Shown here one piece after another: positions 1 through 11,667 of a stretch of DNA of 64,000 bases (position 1 is its first letter; each line of letters begins with the position of its first letter). This DNA comes from Octopus bimaculoides. Taxonomy: Eukaryota. Location: assembly GCF_001194135.2 (NCBI RefSeq), contig NC_068989.1, positions 29,296,102 through 29,360,101 of the forward strand, given 5' to 3'. The notes under the pieces were generated by a model. It was not told the DNA's origin. It was given only the letters and a program-made list of their open reading frames with translations, and made no database searches. The position numbers and the translations under genes were made by a program.

Positions 1-185
1 TTATTTACAAAACATCTTAGAAAAAGCAATATACTTCAGCTGGTGGAAAATTATTAATTAGAAATAAAAATGGGATTTATTTAAAAATCACCAAGTAAAT
101 TTTCAATGACATAGGGAACAAGGAGCAATACAAAACAAACATTTGAGATTCCACTCAACTAAAAAATAGTCATTAACAAAAGACA

Positions 186-219
186 ACTCACCACACAGCA
201 ACATGCAACAGGAACTTAC

Positions 220-269
<50 letters not shown>
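186..269 (-). promoter_or_regulatory. Candidate recursive splice site (- strand): T48-AG|GTAAGT, 28-nt cryptic exon, second donor GTGAGT
   Basis: The minus strand reads T48 A G|GTAAGTTCCTGTTGCATGTTGCTGTGTG|GTGAGT. The acceptor AG is at 221-220, the first donor at 219-214 and the second donor at 191-186. Confidence 0.4.
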
Positions 270-271
<2 letters not shown>

Positions 272-466
272 GTAAAGATGTTTATTCAACAAACAAAAGT
301 AAACATATTTACATAATTTCCAGGAATAAATATGATAAAGATTACTGTAATCTTTAGAAACAAAACTTCTACAATTTCTCATTTAAAGACACAGAACCAT
401 TTATGTCATCTAAATCCAATCTGAATACAGTAGTTTTAGTTTTACCTTCTACATAGTGCAAAACTA

Positions 467-985
467 CACTAAATAGCAAAAGAAACGCGAGACATGTGTG
501 ACTGTGAAATATATCTTAATTTCATTATGTCAGAGATAAATTTTGATAAATCTAATAAAGTCAATTTCTTGGATGCACTTTGATCACATTCTATAGGTCA
601 TTGTCATGTGTTCTGGTAGTGGGTGGACCCAGCACATCGAGATTCTAGGGTGTGACATGTTCAATACCATATATGCCCTCCTTGGGTGTTCAAAACGGCC
701 ATACACCATTGGTACATGGAGTGCATGAGGCGGTTCACAAAAGTCATTGGCACCTGTGCCCACACCCTGAGGAAAGCTGCCTCCAGTTCCATATGAGTTG
801 CCAACCTTGAGACCACCTGGTTCAGCCGTCTCTAGATTTCATCCCACAGGTGTTCAATTGGATTCAAATCTGGGCTGAGACCCAGCCATGGCATGGTTCT
901 GATGTTGTGCTGATGCAGAAAGTTCATGGTGACCTTGGCTGTGTGGGAGAGAGCATTGTCCTGCTGGAACACATGGCTATGGTGA
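467..985 (-). mobile_element. Tc1-family (DD34E) DNA transposon, 3' remnant with terminal repeat
   Basis: The minus strand translates to FQQDNALSHTAKVTMNFLHQHNIRTMPW..SPDLNPIEHLWDEI*RRL...GGHIWY* (stop at 663-661). A Tc1-like terminus TA|CACTAAATAGCAAAAGAAACGC lies at 465-488. Confidence 0.9.
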
Positions 986-1189
986 AAATGTATTCTCCAG
1001 TTTGGTTATCAAATTCATTAGTTGTAACATTTGCTGCTGCAATTCTTGTTGTTGTTGTTGCTGTTTTTGCAACTTAACTATCCCAGCTAATAAGTCTTCC
1101 ATATTTTACAACTTTCTTAAGTTTCCACAAGATTTTTGTTTCTTTTTTGTTGAGGTATTTAATTTTCCCTGGGAATTATGAAATTTGAT

Positions 1190-2905
1190 ATTTTTCAGGC
1201 GCAAGCACCCCCATGGATCCCAGGGAGTGCATGGGGGGTATGGCTTTGGACCTAGAAATAAGGAGGGAACAAAACTGTGGGAGTCCTGCAATGCAAATGA
1301 TCTCATGATCTGCAACACTAACTTCAATAAACCAGCCAACCACTTAATTACTTATCAATCTGGTGAGCACATAAGTCAGATTGACTACCTTTTCATCAGG
1401 CAACAACATAGGTTACTAGTTTGTGACTTCAGAATTAGAGCTAGAAAGATTCGGAGAAATAAACCAAACTGGAAAAGAAGACAATGGAGGCTCAAAGACC
1501 CAACAGAGAAAAATTTAGATATTTACTTGTGGAAGCTTCTGACGAAAGAGAGGAAGAGTTGGGGACATATAGCTTAGAGGATAACTAGAAGTTCTTGTGG
1601 GACAATCTACTGAGAGCTATGGATAAAATCTGTGGTTGGTGCAGATTCCCAGCTAGACCAAGGGTGACATTTTAATAGAGTAAGGAGGTTGACAGTGTTA
1701 TAAAAGCAGCAAAAAGACAGGCCTGGAAAGACTGGAAAAACAGTAGAAGCAAAGAATTATATCAGGTAGCCAAAAGGGCAGCTAGGCATCAGGTATATAT
1801 AGCAAAAGGACTAGCTGAAGGTAACAGAATTGCAAAAGTCCTACAACATGAAGATCAGAGGCATGAGTTGTTCAGGATTGCAAAGTAGTGTATCAGAGAA
1901 AATAGAGATGTGGTAGGTGTGCGAATGGATAATGGTATGCTTGTACTTAGTGACTCAGAGAAGAAAGATGCATGGAAGTGTCACTATGAAAGGTTACTAA
2001 ATGTGGAAAATGAATGGGAGAAGGAGAGTCTACCAAATATCAAACCAATTGAGGGAAAGTTGATAGTAGCATAATAGATAAGGCAATTAAGGACATGAAG
2101 GCAGGGAAAGCTCCTGGGTCATCAAGAATCACTGCCAAGATGATTAAAATTTCTGGTGGCATAGGATACAGCTTAGTCACCAGTATAGTTAATCAGATTA
2201 TTCAGGAAGGCACCATCCCCAACGAATGGTGTAGTAGCATTATAGTTAGCTGCTACAAGGGCAAAGGTGATGCTTTAGATGGAAACAACTACAAAGGTAG
2301 ACCAAGTCATGAAATTTATTGAGAGGGTTATAATTCAATTGATTAGAAATAGAATTAAATTGGATGAAATGCAGTTTGGTTTTGTACCTGGAAAGAGTAC
2401 CACAGATGCTATTTTCCAAGAGAGGCAGCTGCAGGAAAAACACTTGGCCAAAAGTAAGCCATTGCACTTAGCCTTCGTCGACCTGGAGAAAGCTTTTGAC
2501 AGAGTTCCCCGCTATGTTATATGGTGGTCTCTAAGGAAGTTAGAAGGAGAGGAGTGGCTTGTTAGAGTTGTCCAAGCCATGTACAGTGATGTGAGAGTCG
2601 GCCATGAATACAGTGATGAATTCAGTGTTCAGGTAGGGGTTCACCAGGGCTCAGTTCTCAGCCCACACTTATTCATTATAGTCCTCCAGGCCATAACAGA
2701 GGAATTCAAGACTGGGTGCCCATGGGAACTGCTATATGCCACATAAAAAGCACTAAATCTACTCTGCTGAGCGGTTGGTGTTAGGAATGGTATCCAGCTG
2801 TAAAAATCTTGCGAAAACAATCACAGAAGTCTGGTGCAGGCTTCGGCCTAGCTGGCTCTTGTGAAACCATCCCACCCATGCTAGCATGGAATGCTGATGT
2901 ATTTA
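1190..2905 (+). mobile_element. RTE-clade LINE, 5' truncated and internally deleted (APE, RT, 3'UTR)
   Basis: APE motifs (ICNTNFNK..ITYQSG..SQIDY) and RT motifs (MQFGFVPGKSTTDAIF, AFVDLEKAFDRVP, GVHQGSVLSP, CPWELLYA) are present. At ~2745 the sequence jumps directly into the family 3'UTR. Multiple frameshifts. Confidence 0.93.
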
Positions 2906-3149
2906 ATTCCATTTGTTTATCTATGTATTGTATTATACTTTGTTCCTATTATTGTTTCATGGGTAACTTAAGGAAGGGAAGAACTCATCAGTTCTGTACC
3001 AGCACGCTGAGNNNNNNNNNNNNNNNNNNNNNNNNNNNNNNNNNNNNNNNNNNNNNNNNNNNNNNNNNNNNNNNNNNNNNNNNNNNNNNNNNNNNNNNNN
3101 NNNNNNNNNNNATATATATATATATGTATATATATATTTACTAATGCTA

Positions 3150-3320
3150 GTTAGTAAATCAACTCCAATACTAGACTGATACTTATTTTTTATTAACTCC
3201 TGGAGAGATAAAAGGTAGTGCCAACCTTGGAAGTTAAACTCACAGTGTAAAGAGATATTACAAAATACTTCAGTGCATTTTATTCACTACTAAGCTAATT
3301 CTGCTGTCCACTGCCCATGT
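3150..3320 (-). mobile_element. Old degraded tRNA-type SINE (family A)
   Basis: The reverse complement resembles the family A copies at 21111 and 47317 (ggcagtggacagcagaatt...gagtttaacttcc..aaggttggcactaccttt). Confidence 0.45.
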
Positions 3321-3334
3321 CTGTATTTTCTATG

Positions 3335-3660
3335 TCATCATCATCATTTAAAGTCTGTTTTCCATGCTAGCATGGATTGGACAGTTTGACAGGAGCTGCC
3401 CAGGCTCCACTTGTCTGTTTTGGCATGATTTCTATGGCTAGATGCCCTTCCTAATGCCAACCACTTTACAGAGTGCACTGGGTGCTTTTTATGTGTCACT
3501 GGCTTAAGTGTTTTATGTGTGACACCGACATGGGTGACTTATGTGGTATGGATGCATTATACATGGCAGCAGCATGAGTACCTTGGCATAAGTGCTTTTT
3601 ATATGGCAGCAGCACAGGTGCTTTTTACACAACACCAAAACATGTTTTTTATGTGTCTCC
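3335..3660 (-). mobile_element. RTE 3'UTR-only copy with (GAT)n tail
   Basis: (ATC)n then tttaaagtctgttttccatgctagcatgg...gatgcccttcctaatgccaaccact, matching the 3' ends at 35150-35298 and 40099-40270. Confidence 0.85.
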
Positions 3661-3679
3661 AAAATGGGTACTTTTTACA

Positions 3680-3940
3680 TGAAACTGAAATGGTTTGTAT
3701 TTCCTTGTCTTTACATTGCATAATGGTTGTAAACGAATGACACTATAATACAAGCTGTGTCCTTTGTTTTCTTCTAAGAAAATGTCTACCCACAAAGAAA
3801 TATTACTATACTTGGAAACAGGTGAATGTTGGCAACAGGGGCTTCAGACAGTAGAAAATCTGTCTCAACAATTTCTAACTAACCCATGCAAGCATGAAAA
3901 AAGTGGATGTTAAAATAGTGATGTTGTTGATGATGATTGA
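3680..3940 (+). mobile_element. Degraded RTE-related short element with GAT tail
   Basis: Motif gttggcaacagggg..cagtagaaaatctg..acccatgcaagcatg..gatgttaaa followed by gatgatg. Confidence 0.45.
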
Positions 3941-4094
3941 CCAGAACTTATTTCATGAACTCCTAAAGAAAGAAAATCAAAAACTCAATTTTTCTTTTGA
4001 ACCTAGAACATGAAAAGAAGTCATTGCTAGCAACAACAACAATAATGGCTATTGCTATCATCATCATCATCATCATCATCATTATTTCTCTAGT

Positions 4095-4632
4095 GCTAAT
4101 TTAGTTAGCAGTTATTTTATTTTGAGGCTAGGTGACAACAAGTCACCTCAAATCTCAAGAATCTTTCTTAGGATTCTTGCAAAATATAGGATGTTACTTT
4201 CCTGCAGGTTGACAATGCAAGTTTCAATTCTAATTTCTTTCAGTGTTTCTAGCTTTCTAGGTGTTGTGCCAGGTGTACCAATTGCTATAGGAGTAATTGT
4301 TGTCTTGGTGTTTCACAGTCTCCTCAGCTCTCTGGTTAGATGCTGATATTTCTCAATTTTTTCAATTTTTTTTGTATTGACTCTGCTATTATAAGGAATT
4401 GTGAAATCTGATCTTACAATTTATTTTCTCCTCTGTAATCATGTCTGGTCTTCTTGCCTCAGTAGTATGGTCAGTCTACAAGATCAGAGTTCCTTAAGAT
4501 CTTGTAATTCTCATTTCCTATTGTAGTTTCTGGTGCTCATACCAATTTTCTTTTGTTGTTTTGAAGCCGCACTCTTAGTAAACATTCCAGCACACTCTTT
4601 TACCTATACAAGTCATGTCTGTGCTTATACTT
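4095..4632 (-). mobile_element. R4/Dong-like non-LTR retrotransposon, 3' fragment (restriction-like endonuclease)
   Basis: The minus strand gives ARRPDMI..KIEKYQHLTRELRRL*..ITPIAIGTPG..ARILRKILEI*, flanked by ATC/ATT repeats. Confidence 0.8.
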
Positions 4633-4639
4633 CTTTTAT

Positions 4640-5145
4640 TATTATTATTGAGTGAGAGAGCAGTACATGTCATCAAAGTGACACTGGGGTAAAATATACA
4701 AAGGCCCAGTATACCTATCATGACTACTCATCTAATAAGGGTACACCAGGCACATGCATTACAACCATATGTATGCGATATGGTGATCTCATATCAAGAT
4801 AATCAGCGCATGACCTTGCAGATGGGGCCCAGTTAGAATTTTCTTTAGGTCAAGTAGCCCATCCTGCTCAAAAGGTCCCTGAATGAGGGTTGTTTAAGGA
4901 ATTATTCAAATCCTGAAGAATTCCTCCCAACACATGGCTATGATGCTCTCTCACTACTTCTGCTCATGATCAGAGATGCACATATCATCAGCCATCAAGG
5001 GACATGCTCAAGCAAATCTGTGGTATGAATCAGAATATTTGCTGTAGCCCATCTTTTATATCCAGACAAAACATGTACATGATAACACTTCCAATCAGTT
5101 AAGATCAGAAACCAGGAGAGCCAGTGCCTGGTACTGCATCAGGGC

Positions 5146-5147
<2 letters not shown>
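4640..5147. repeat. Unclassified ~500-bp interspersed repeat bounded by (ATT)n
   Basis: A complex non-coding block with a short ATT run on the left (4630-4642) and a long (ATT)n on the right (5148-5192). It is single copy in this window and recalled as an octopus repeat. Confidence 0.4.
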
Positions 5148-5193
<46 letters not shown>

Positions 5194-5201
5194 CATCATC
5201 A

Positions 5202-5941
5202 TCTATATAATAATCTGCTTGTTCATTCATCCATTATACTTTAATTAGTTAGGTGGAATAAAAATGAGAGAGAGAGAAGAGGAGGAAGAAAGAAATGAGG
5301 AGTAAAATAATAAATTAAGACCAAATGCATCACATGGTTAGTTGAAGGGAGAGGTAAAGAGGGAGAAAAAGACCGTGAGAGAAAAGAGGGAAAGGGAAAT
5401 CTTAATGACGTGCTGTAGGATGGGGAGGGAAAGGTAAAGAGAAAGAAATATGTTTAGGATACAATATTTAACAGAGCATGATGTTCTGGTGGTGATATTA
5501 AAGAAAGGCAGATAGAGAGAGATGAACAGGGGAGGCAGTTACATTAAGAGAGAGAGTGAGGAGCAGAGATAATGTTTGTATTGTCAGAGTAGAGATACAT
5601 TGACAGTTGAATTGAACTGAGATGAAATAAGCTTTGTTACTGAAAACTATAGTTATGATGATGCATTATGCTGTCACTCATGTAGTGAGAGGTGAAAAGA
5701 GAGAGAGAGAAATGTTAAAGACATAAGAAGGGAGTTATATGGTTAAAAAGGTTGTTGAAGAGCTAGACAAATATAGAGAAATATAAAGTGCTAAGCAGAG
5801 GGAAATTTTAAAATCATATAATATATCACTGTGTCTGGAAGTAAAATAACTTAGCAAAATAAAAATGCAAATCATCCTATCTTTCTTAAATACCTTCTCT
5901 TAATCTTTTCTGTTCTATGGAATTTCCGTGGGTCCCACTAG
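5202..5941 (+). mobile_element. Non-autonomous Helitron
   Basis: 5' end A|TCTATATAATAA; 3' hairpin CTATGG-AATTT-CCGTGG followed by GTCCCA-CTAG|T; inserted between A and T; GA-rich interior. Confidence 0.8.
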
Positions 5942-5959
5942 TTATTATTCTTATTATGT

Positions 5960-6770
5960 CGGCTTTTGTTGACATGGAGAAAGCCTTTGACAGGGTCCTC
6001 CACTCCCTTATCTGGTGGTCAATGAGGAAACTAGGGATAGATGAGAAGTAGATAGATGAGATACTGAGAGTGGTAAAAGCTAGGGATAGATGAGAAGTAG
6101 GTAGATGAGATAGTGAGAGTGATACAAGCCATGTACAGGGATACTGTCAGTAAGGTGAAAGTTGGCAACGAATATAGCAGTGAATTCAGTGTACAGGTAG
6201 GACTCCACCGAGGCTCAGTTCTCAGCCACCTCCTGTTTATCTTAGTCCTCCAGGCCTTAACAGAGGAATTCAAGACTGGCTGTCTCTGGGAGCTCCTTTA
6301 CACTGATTACCTTGTTCTTATAGCTGAATCAATCTGACCTAGAGAAGAAATTTTAGATGTGGAAACAAGGTCTGGAATCTAAGGGCCTTAGAGTTATTTT
6401 AGAAAAAACCAAAGTTGCTAGGATGAGAACAGACTTGTGCAAAGTTCAGAGAGCTTCTACCTTTGTTGGTAACTAAGGGCCTTTCCCTCAGAGTGAAAAG
6501 CAGACTGTATGATGTGATTTGCTGTTCTTGATAAAATATATCAAGCTAAGTAAAATCGCTGTCTTCCACACATATGGGCTTGTCCTGTCAGGTATCGGTG
6601 CCAGTTAAAAAGTACCCAGCATGCTCATTAGGAAGGTCATCCATCCATGGAAACCCTGCCACAACAGACAGTTGGAGTGTGGACAGATCCCTGCTAGTGC
6701 GCTCCATGTCAAACCATCCAACCTATGCCAGCATGGAAAGCAGACAGTAAACAATGATGATGATAATGAT
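5960..6770 (+). mobile_element. RTE LINE fragment with several internal deletions
   Basis: AFVDMEKAFDRV..VIQAMYRDTVSKVKVGNEYSSEFSVQVGLHRGSVLS..CLWELLY, then ends in the family 3'UTR and gatgatgat. A ~49-bp tandem duplication lies at 6031-6120. Confidence 0.88.
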
Positions 6771-7524
6771 TATTATGGCAGAAAATTCTATTGATCTTAT
6801 AGGTGCTAAAAGCACCTAAAAGACCATTGTTGATGTTAGACCAGATATTAGATTAGGTCTAGCATCCAAGAATTTCATCTATATTCCACTCACAAGATTT
6901 GGGTTTGTCTATAATAGGAGATGCTACATTGTGGAATTGAACTTGGAACCTTGTGGTTTCAAAACAAACTTCTTCACCACTCTGTCATTACAAGGATTAG
7001 CAGCATCAGCAGTAGGAATGCTGTGGTCTCCCAGACATACAAATAGTTGAATTGGAGTAAATGATATATTTAACTATAAAGATATTTGTATATTCAAGGG
7101 TAATTTTAGAATAAATTTCAAAGACATTTATATAACTTTTAACCTATGAAACCTGTATGTGTAATTTAAAAGTCTTGATAGTTTTGTTTGATGTTTCTAC
7201 TTCTTATTTTTTTGTGAGTTATCTTCATTTAGACTTTTTTAAAAAAAATCAGTGTTGTATGTATATTGGTTAGAAGTATTTTGTGATTTTGTGTTATTTG
7301 AAATTGATGAAGCATTGATTATAAGTTCTACATTGATGATATTGATAGATTTTGGGAAAATATATTTGATATTGATTTTTTTGAGATTTTCCTGGTAAAT
7401 GATAATCTTTATAATCATTAAAAAAATCATTATTTGCACCATGTACAGCAAGATCTGGAACAATCATTTGCATATTTATTCTTAACACATCTTGGCAGAT
7501 TCAAATGCAAAATATGCTGGTCGC

Positions 7525-7699
7525 TGTAGTGTACATCATGGGAGAATAAGTTCTCTCTTTTAAGAAGACAGTGTATTCAACACATTCAGCTCAAAATCCT
7601 GGTTGCTGAGACACATGTCAAAACACTTGTGTCTACTGAGCCTAGTGTGTTGAATACATTGTTGTAAAAGGGAGAGGTTATTCCATGACGTACATCACA
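7525..7699. repeat. Imperfect long inverted repeat (foldback / MITE-like)
   Basis: The left arm tgtacatcatgg..aataagttctctctttta..tgtattcaacaca..gctca..gacac matches the reverse complement of the right arm gtgtc..tgagc..tgtgttgaataca..taaaagggagaggttattccatgacgtaca. Confidence 0.75.
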
Positions 7700-7851
7700 T
7701 TGACCTTCATATTTTGCTTCTGAACCTACCTGGACATGTTAAGAATAAATGTGCAAATAATTGTTCATAATAATTATCCTCATAAAAAGATAACAAGTAG
7801 GCTAAGTTTCTCTACTTTTCTTCTTTGTTTAGCTATTTTCTTATCTTTTAT

Positions 7852-8242
7852 CTTTTTTCAGTCAATAGACTGCAGCCATGCTCGGGCATCGTCTTGGAGA
7901 ATTTTTAGTTGAATGTATTGACCTCAGTACTTATTTTCTTTTTAAAGACTGGTACTTATTCTATCAGTCTCTTTTGACAAACTGCTAGTTTATAGGGACA
8001 TAAACACACTAGCACTGATTGTCGAGTGGTGTGGGGGAAGACAAACACAGATATAAAGACACACACATATATATATACGACGAGCTTCTTTCAGTTTCCT
8101 ACTACCAAATCTACTCACAAGACTTTGGTCAGCCTGAGGCTATAGTAGAAGACACTTGCCCAAGGTACCACACAGTGGGACTGAACCACAAACCATGAAA
8201 TTGATAATCAAGCTTCTTTACTACACAGTTACACCTGTGCCT
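7852..8242 (-). mobile_element. tRNA-type SINE, family B
   Basis: Reverse complement of the 59729-60180 element (gacacttgcccaagg..gggactgaacc; cttctttcagtttc..accaaatc.actcacaag). Confidence 0.88.
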
Positions 8243-8542
8243 ATTTAACATTCTCTGCTAGCATGGGTTGGAGAGCTAGACTCTATATTATATCAATTTA
8301 GTCCTTCACCATCACTCTGAGATTTCATCACACTACTACCATGTATCTACTGTGACCTTCCTCAACCAAATGTGTTCTCCACTCAGAATATACAGCACTT
8401 TTTCTCCTTGATTGTTATCTTCCATTCATATTACATAGCCATACTATCATCTATAATATTATTCTATTTGTTCCTGCCTTCCTATCTATTTTGTTCACAT
8501 GTTACATTTACACCAGCAGAGGTATTAAATCAAATGGACAAG

Positions 8543-8577
<35 letters not shown>

Positions 8578-9639
8578 TATACTTGGGAAGAAGGGTAAAC
8601 TAAGAGGGAGAAGGTCTATATTATTCTGCATTTGTGTGTACAAATCGTGGGCACAGTTGAAATGTTTTACATAGTGAAACAATGTCAAAGATCTATCTGT
8701 AAATTTATTCATTAAAAGATATTTTGATAGATGGTTAAATCAAAGAGAAATAATCTTAGCAAATAGCTGTGGATGTTACACTTTTATCATTTACATGTTC
8801 CAGATCAAAGGTTGTGACCATGCTTGGGCATTACCATTATTGATTTTTCTTTTTTGCAGTTTGGTTTATCTATCTATCTGTCTAGCTAGCTAGCTACATA
8901 GTTAGATAGGTACATGGGTGAGTTAACAGTTATGCAGATACAGAGATATATTAATAGATAAACAAATAAATATGTAACTGAAATGAAATGAAAATAATAT
9001 CAGTTGGTAAATAACTTGAACTGAATCTTGGTGGTTGGACAGCGAAAAGTCTAGCTTTATCTGTCTGCCTGTCTCACTCTCCCTCCTTCTTTTCCTTACA
9101 CTATAAAACACTATATCTGCCAAACATATTAAAAGAAAGTAAATAAGCAATACCTTCTAAGTTCATTTGATTATATTTATAAGTACCTGTTTAATTAAAT
9201 GGCTGGATTTCAAGGGAATTTAAAAAAAATTCCTTGCTTCTGTTTAATATATTGATGTTTTCAAATATATTGACTTACACTGTGGAATTTCCACTGGTCC
9301 TACTAGTTTTTATAATTCTGTTTGATTCTCCATTGTAGCTGAATTACTTTGTTTCAAATTGTAAACCCTTGGTGAAAGTCATCTGTTATACATCATTCTT
9401 CTCTTCCTTACCTAATATGAAGGCATTGTTCTAATTTCTGATTTTCTTATCACATGACCATATCACAGTATTTTGCTTTGTCTTTACCCTAACACCTTAA
9501 ACCTTTTGATACCAATCTTCCAGAGCACAACTTTGGTTCATCTGGAGAACTGATCATATTATGTATTCATATTTCAATAAAAATCTCAAATGAAATATTG
9601 TTAAACCCACAATAGAGGGAGAGAGAAGGGAATCTTTCT

Positions 9640-10230
9640 AATTAATATCTGATTTTCCCCACTAAGAAGGGATAACATCCAGGTCAGGTATAGGGGTATG
9701 CACCATTTCTTGGTATTTGCTTGGGTCATCCTGGGCAACCCTCTGAGCAGTGTCCTTGTGAGTACCCATCTCTGTGAGATACTTCCTATCAGCACTAGCC
9801 ATCACCCCAGCTAGATCCTCAGAGAAGAGAACATGGTACACAGGATCTAACTCGGAAAATTGAGCAACATGGTCTAATAGTCTGAGCTGATGTTCCTGAA
9901 TCACATAAGTAGCAGAACACATCCCAGTTTCTGAGTATAGGCACTGGTTAGATACAAAATCCAACAAATGGTAGCCCATAATACTGTGAAGTATCCTGGT
10001 ATCAAAGGACGTCAAGCAACTCCTAAGGGCCCCGGAGAGTGTCCAAGTTTCACAAGTATAGAGGAAGACAGCGAGGGCCAGAGACATGAAGGCTCAGATA
10101 TTGGCAGTGCCATATGCCCTTGTCCTGTGAGTTTGCAATTGTACCAGCATAACCAGGTCTTTTTGAGACTTTGGTCTCACAGTTAATTCTGCTATGGATC
10201 ACAATGCCGAGATAAGTGAAGCTATCAACA
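9640..10230 (-). mobile_element. RTE-type LINE, C-terminal fragment
   Basis: ORF 9662-10087: FLYTCETWTLS..LTSFDTRILHSIMGY..DFVSNQCLYSETG..QLRLLDHVA, the typical post-RT region of RTE elements. Confidence 0.8.
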
Positions 10231-10444
10231 GCTTTGAGAACCCAGTTAATACCTAATTAGTAAAATTTTAATTTTACAATGGACAATGAAAAGATAAAAC
10301 TCATTATCTACATGCAATTATTTTCTCTACTAAATCTTATGGGTATTTGTGACCTTTATCTATTTACAACTGATTAGTGAATTTGCACTTTGACCTGACA
10401 TTACTGATATCACTTGACTACAGCTTCACTTACCTATACACCAA

Positions 10445-10447
<3 letters not shown>

Positions 10448-10542
<95 letters not shown>

Positions 10543-10543
10543 A
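10448..10543. repeat. (TA)n microsatellite; similar tracts at 8545-8580, 39238-39290, 55375-55426, 57925-58085, 58555-58690
   Basis: Direct reading of the sequence. Confidence 0.98.
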
Positions 10544-11334
10544 ACATAGCACATTTATTGTATATATTGCATCAAAAGTTTTCATTTTTTTTACTCCTAC
10601 AATTACAACACAGTATCTTGCAATCTATTCTTTCATTAAGATTTATTTTACATTCAATTCTATTTCTCTTTACGTGTAGAAGGGTTGGAAGTAGCTGAAC
10701 AATGACATTACAATGTTATTTACAGTGCCATAGTTCCAACTAATGTGTTGCTGCCACAGTCAGCATCCAACAGCTAAGTGCACAATTGAGCCCATTTCCT
10801 TTACTGCATAATCATAGTAAATGTTATGTTGCTATGAAATAATATTAATCTCACACTAAATTCACTTATTATTGCAGTAATTAAATCATTTAATTTACTT
10901 TTGGCTTCAATAATGAAGGCTTCCAACAATGTTTGAAGAATAGATGTTTCTTAACAAAGTCTTGAAATTCACTTTCATTGGTGAATTTTTTACCTTTCAT
11001 CTTCCCAATGTCTTTGAAATAGCTACCAGAATATTTGAGCACTTTTTCTCTATAAATTCGAGGCTTTAGGTCAGCTAAGAAACAAATATTATACCTGAAG
11101 CATGTTTGAGAAAGATATGAACGTCATAACTTCATGCTTTCTCTCTAGTTAAGAACCTGCCGATGCTAATAACCATGAGTTGAGAGCCAAATATTGTACA
11201 ACATTTAGAATCTCACTGTTCTCATTTCAAATCATGTACCAGAGATAAATCAAATTACCAGTCTATGATTATATTTGAATAGGATAAAAACTATTTGCTG
11301 ATGTGCCATGATGATACACATTTAAGATTTTCTA

Positions 11335-11634
11335 TCTATATAAAGATGAGAATGTCTGTCTGTGTGAATCCCTAAAACTCGAGAACTACCTGATTTCATT
11401 CAAATTTGACACATGCCTTACTTAGGGTACATGTAATGTCATGGGCCATAACAATTTTCAACTTCTTGCCTAATGCGAGCCCAGAGCAATCTCTTATCTC
11501 TTCCACTATTTCAGAATTACGTGTCAAAAGTCAAACAATAACATATCTCATATATACACGCATACATATATACATACATATATATAATATATATTATATA
11601 TATATATATTTATATTTTTATATATATTTGCATT

Positions 11635-11667
<33 letters not shown>

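Noticed and set aside
7239-7488. Two overlapping - strand ORFs, one with a hydrophobic start
   Set aside because: Extremely AT-rich Ile/Asn/Lys composition, weak acceptor, no donor and no recognisable motif; expected by chance.
10428-10435. AG|GTAAGT on the minus strand
   Set aside because: No pyrimidine tract upstream (only (TA)n and cattggtgtat), so it is not a credible recursive site.
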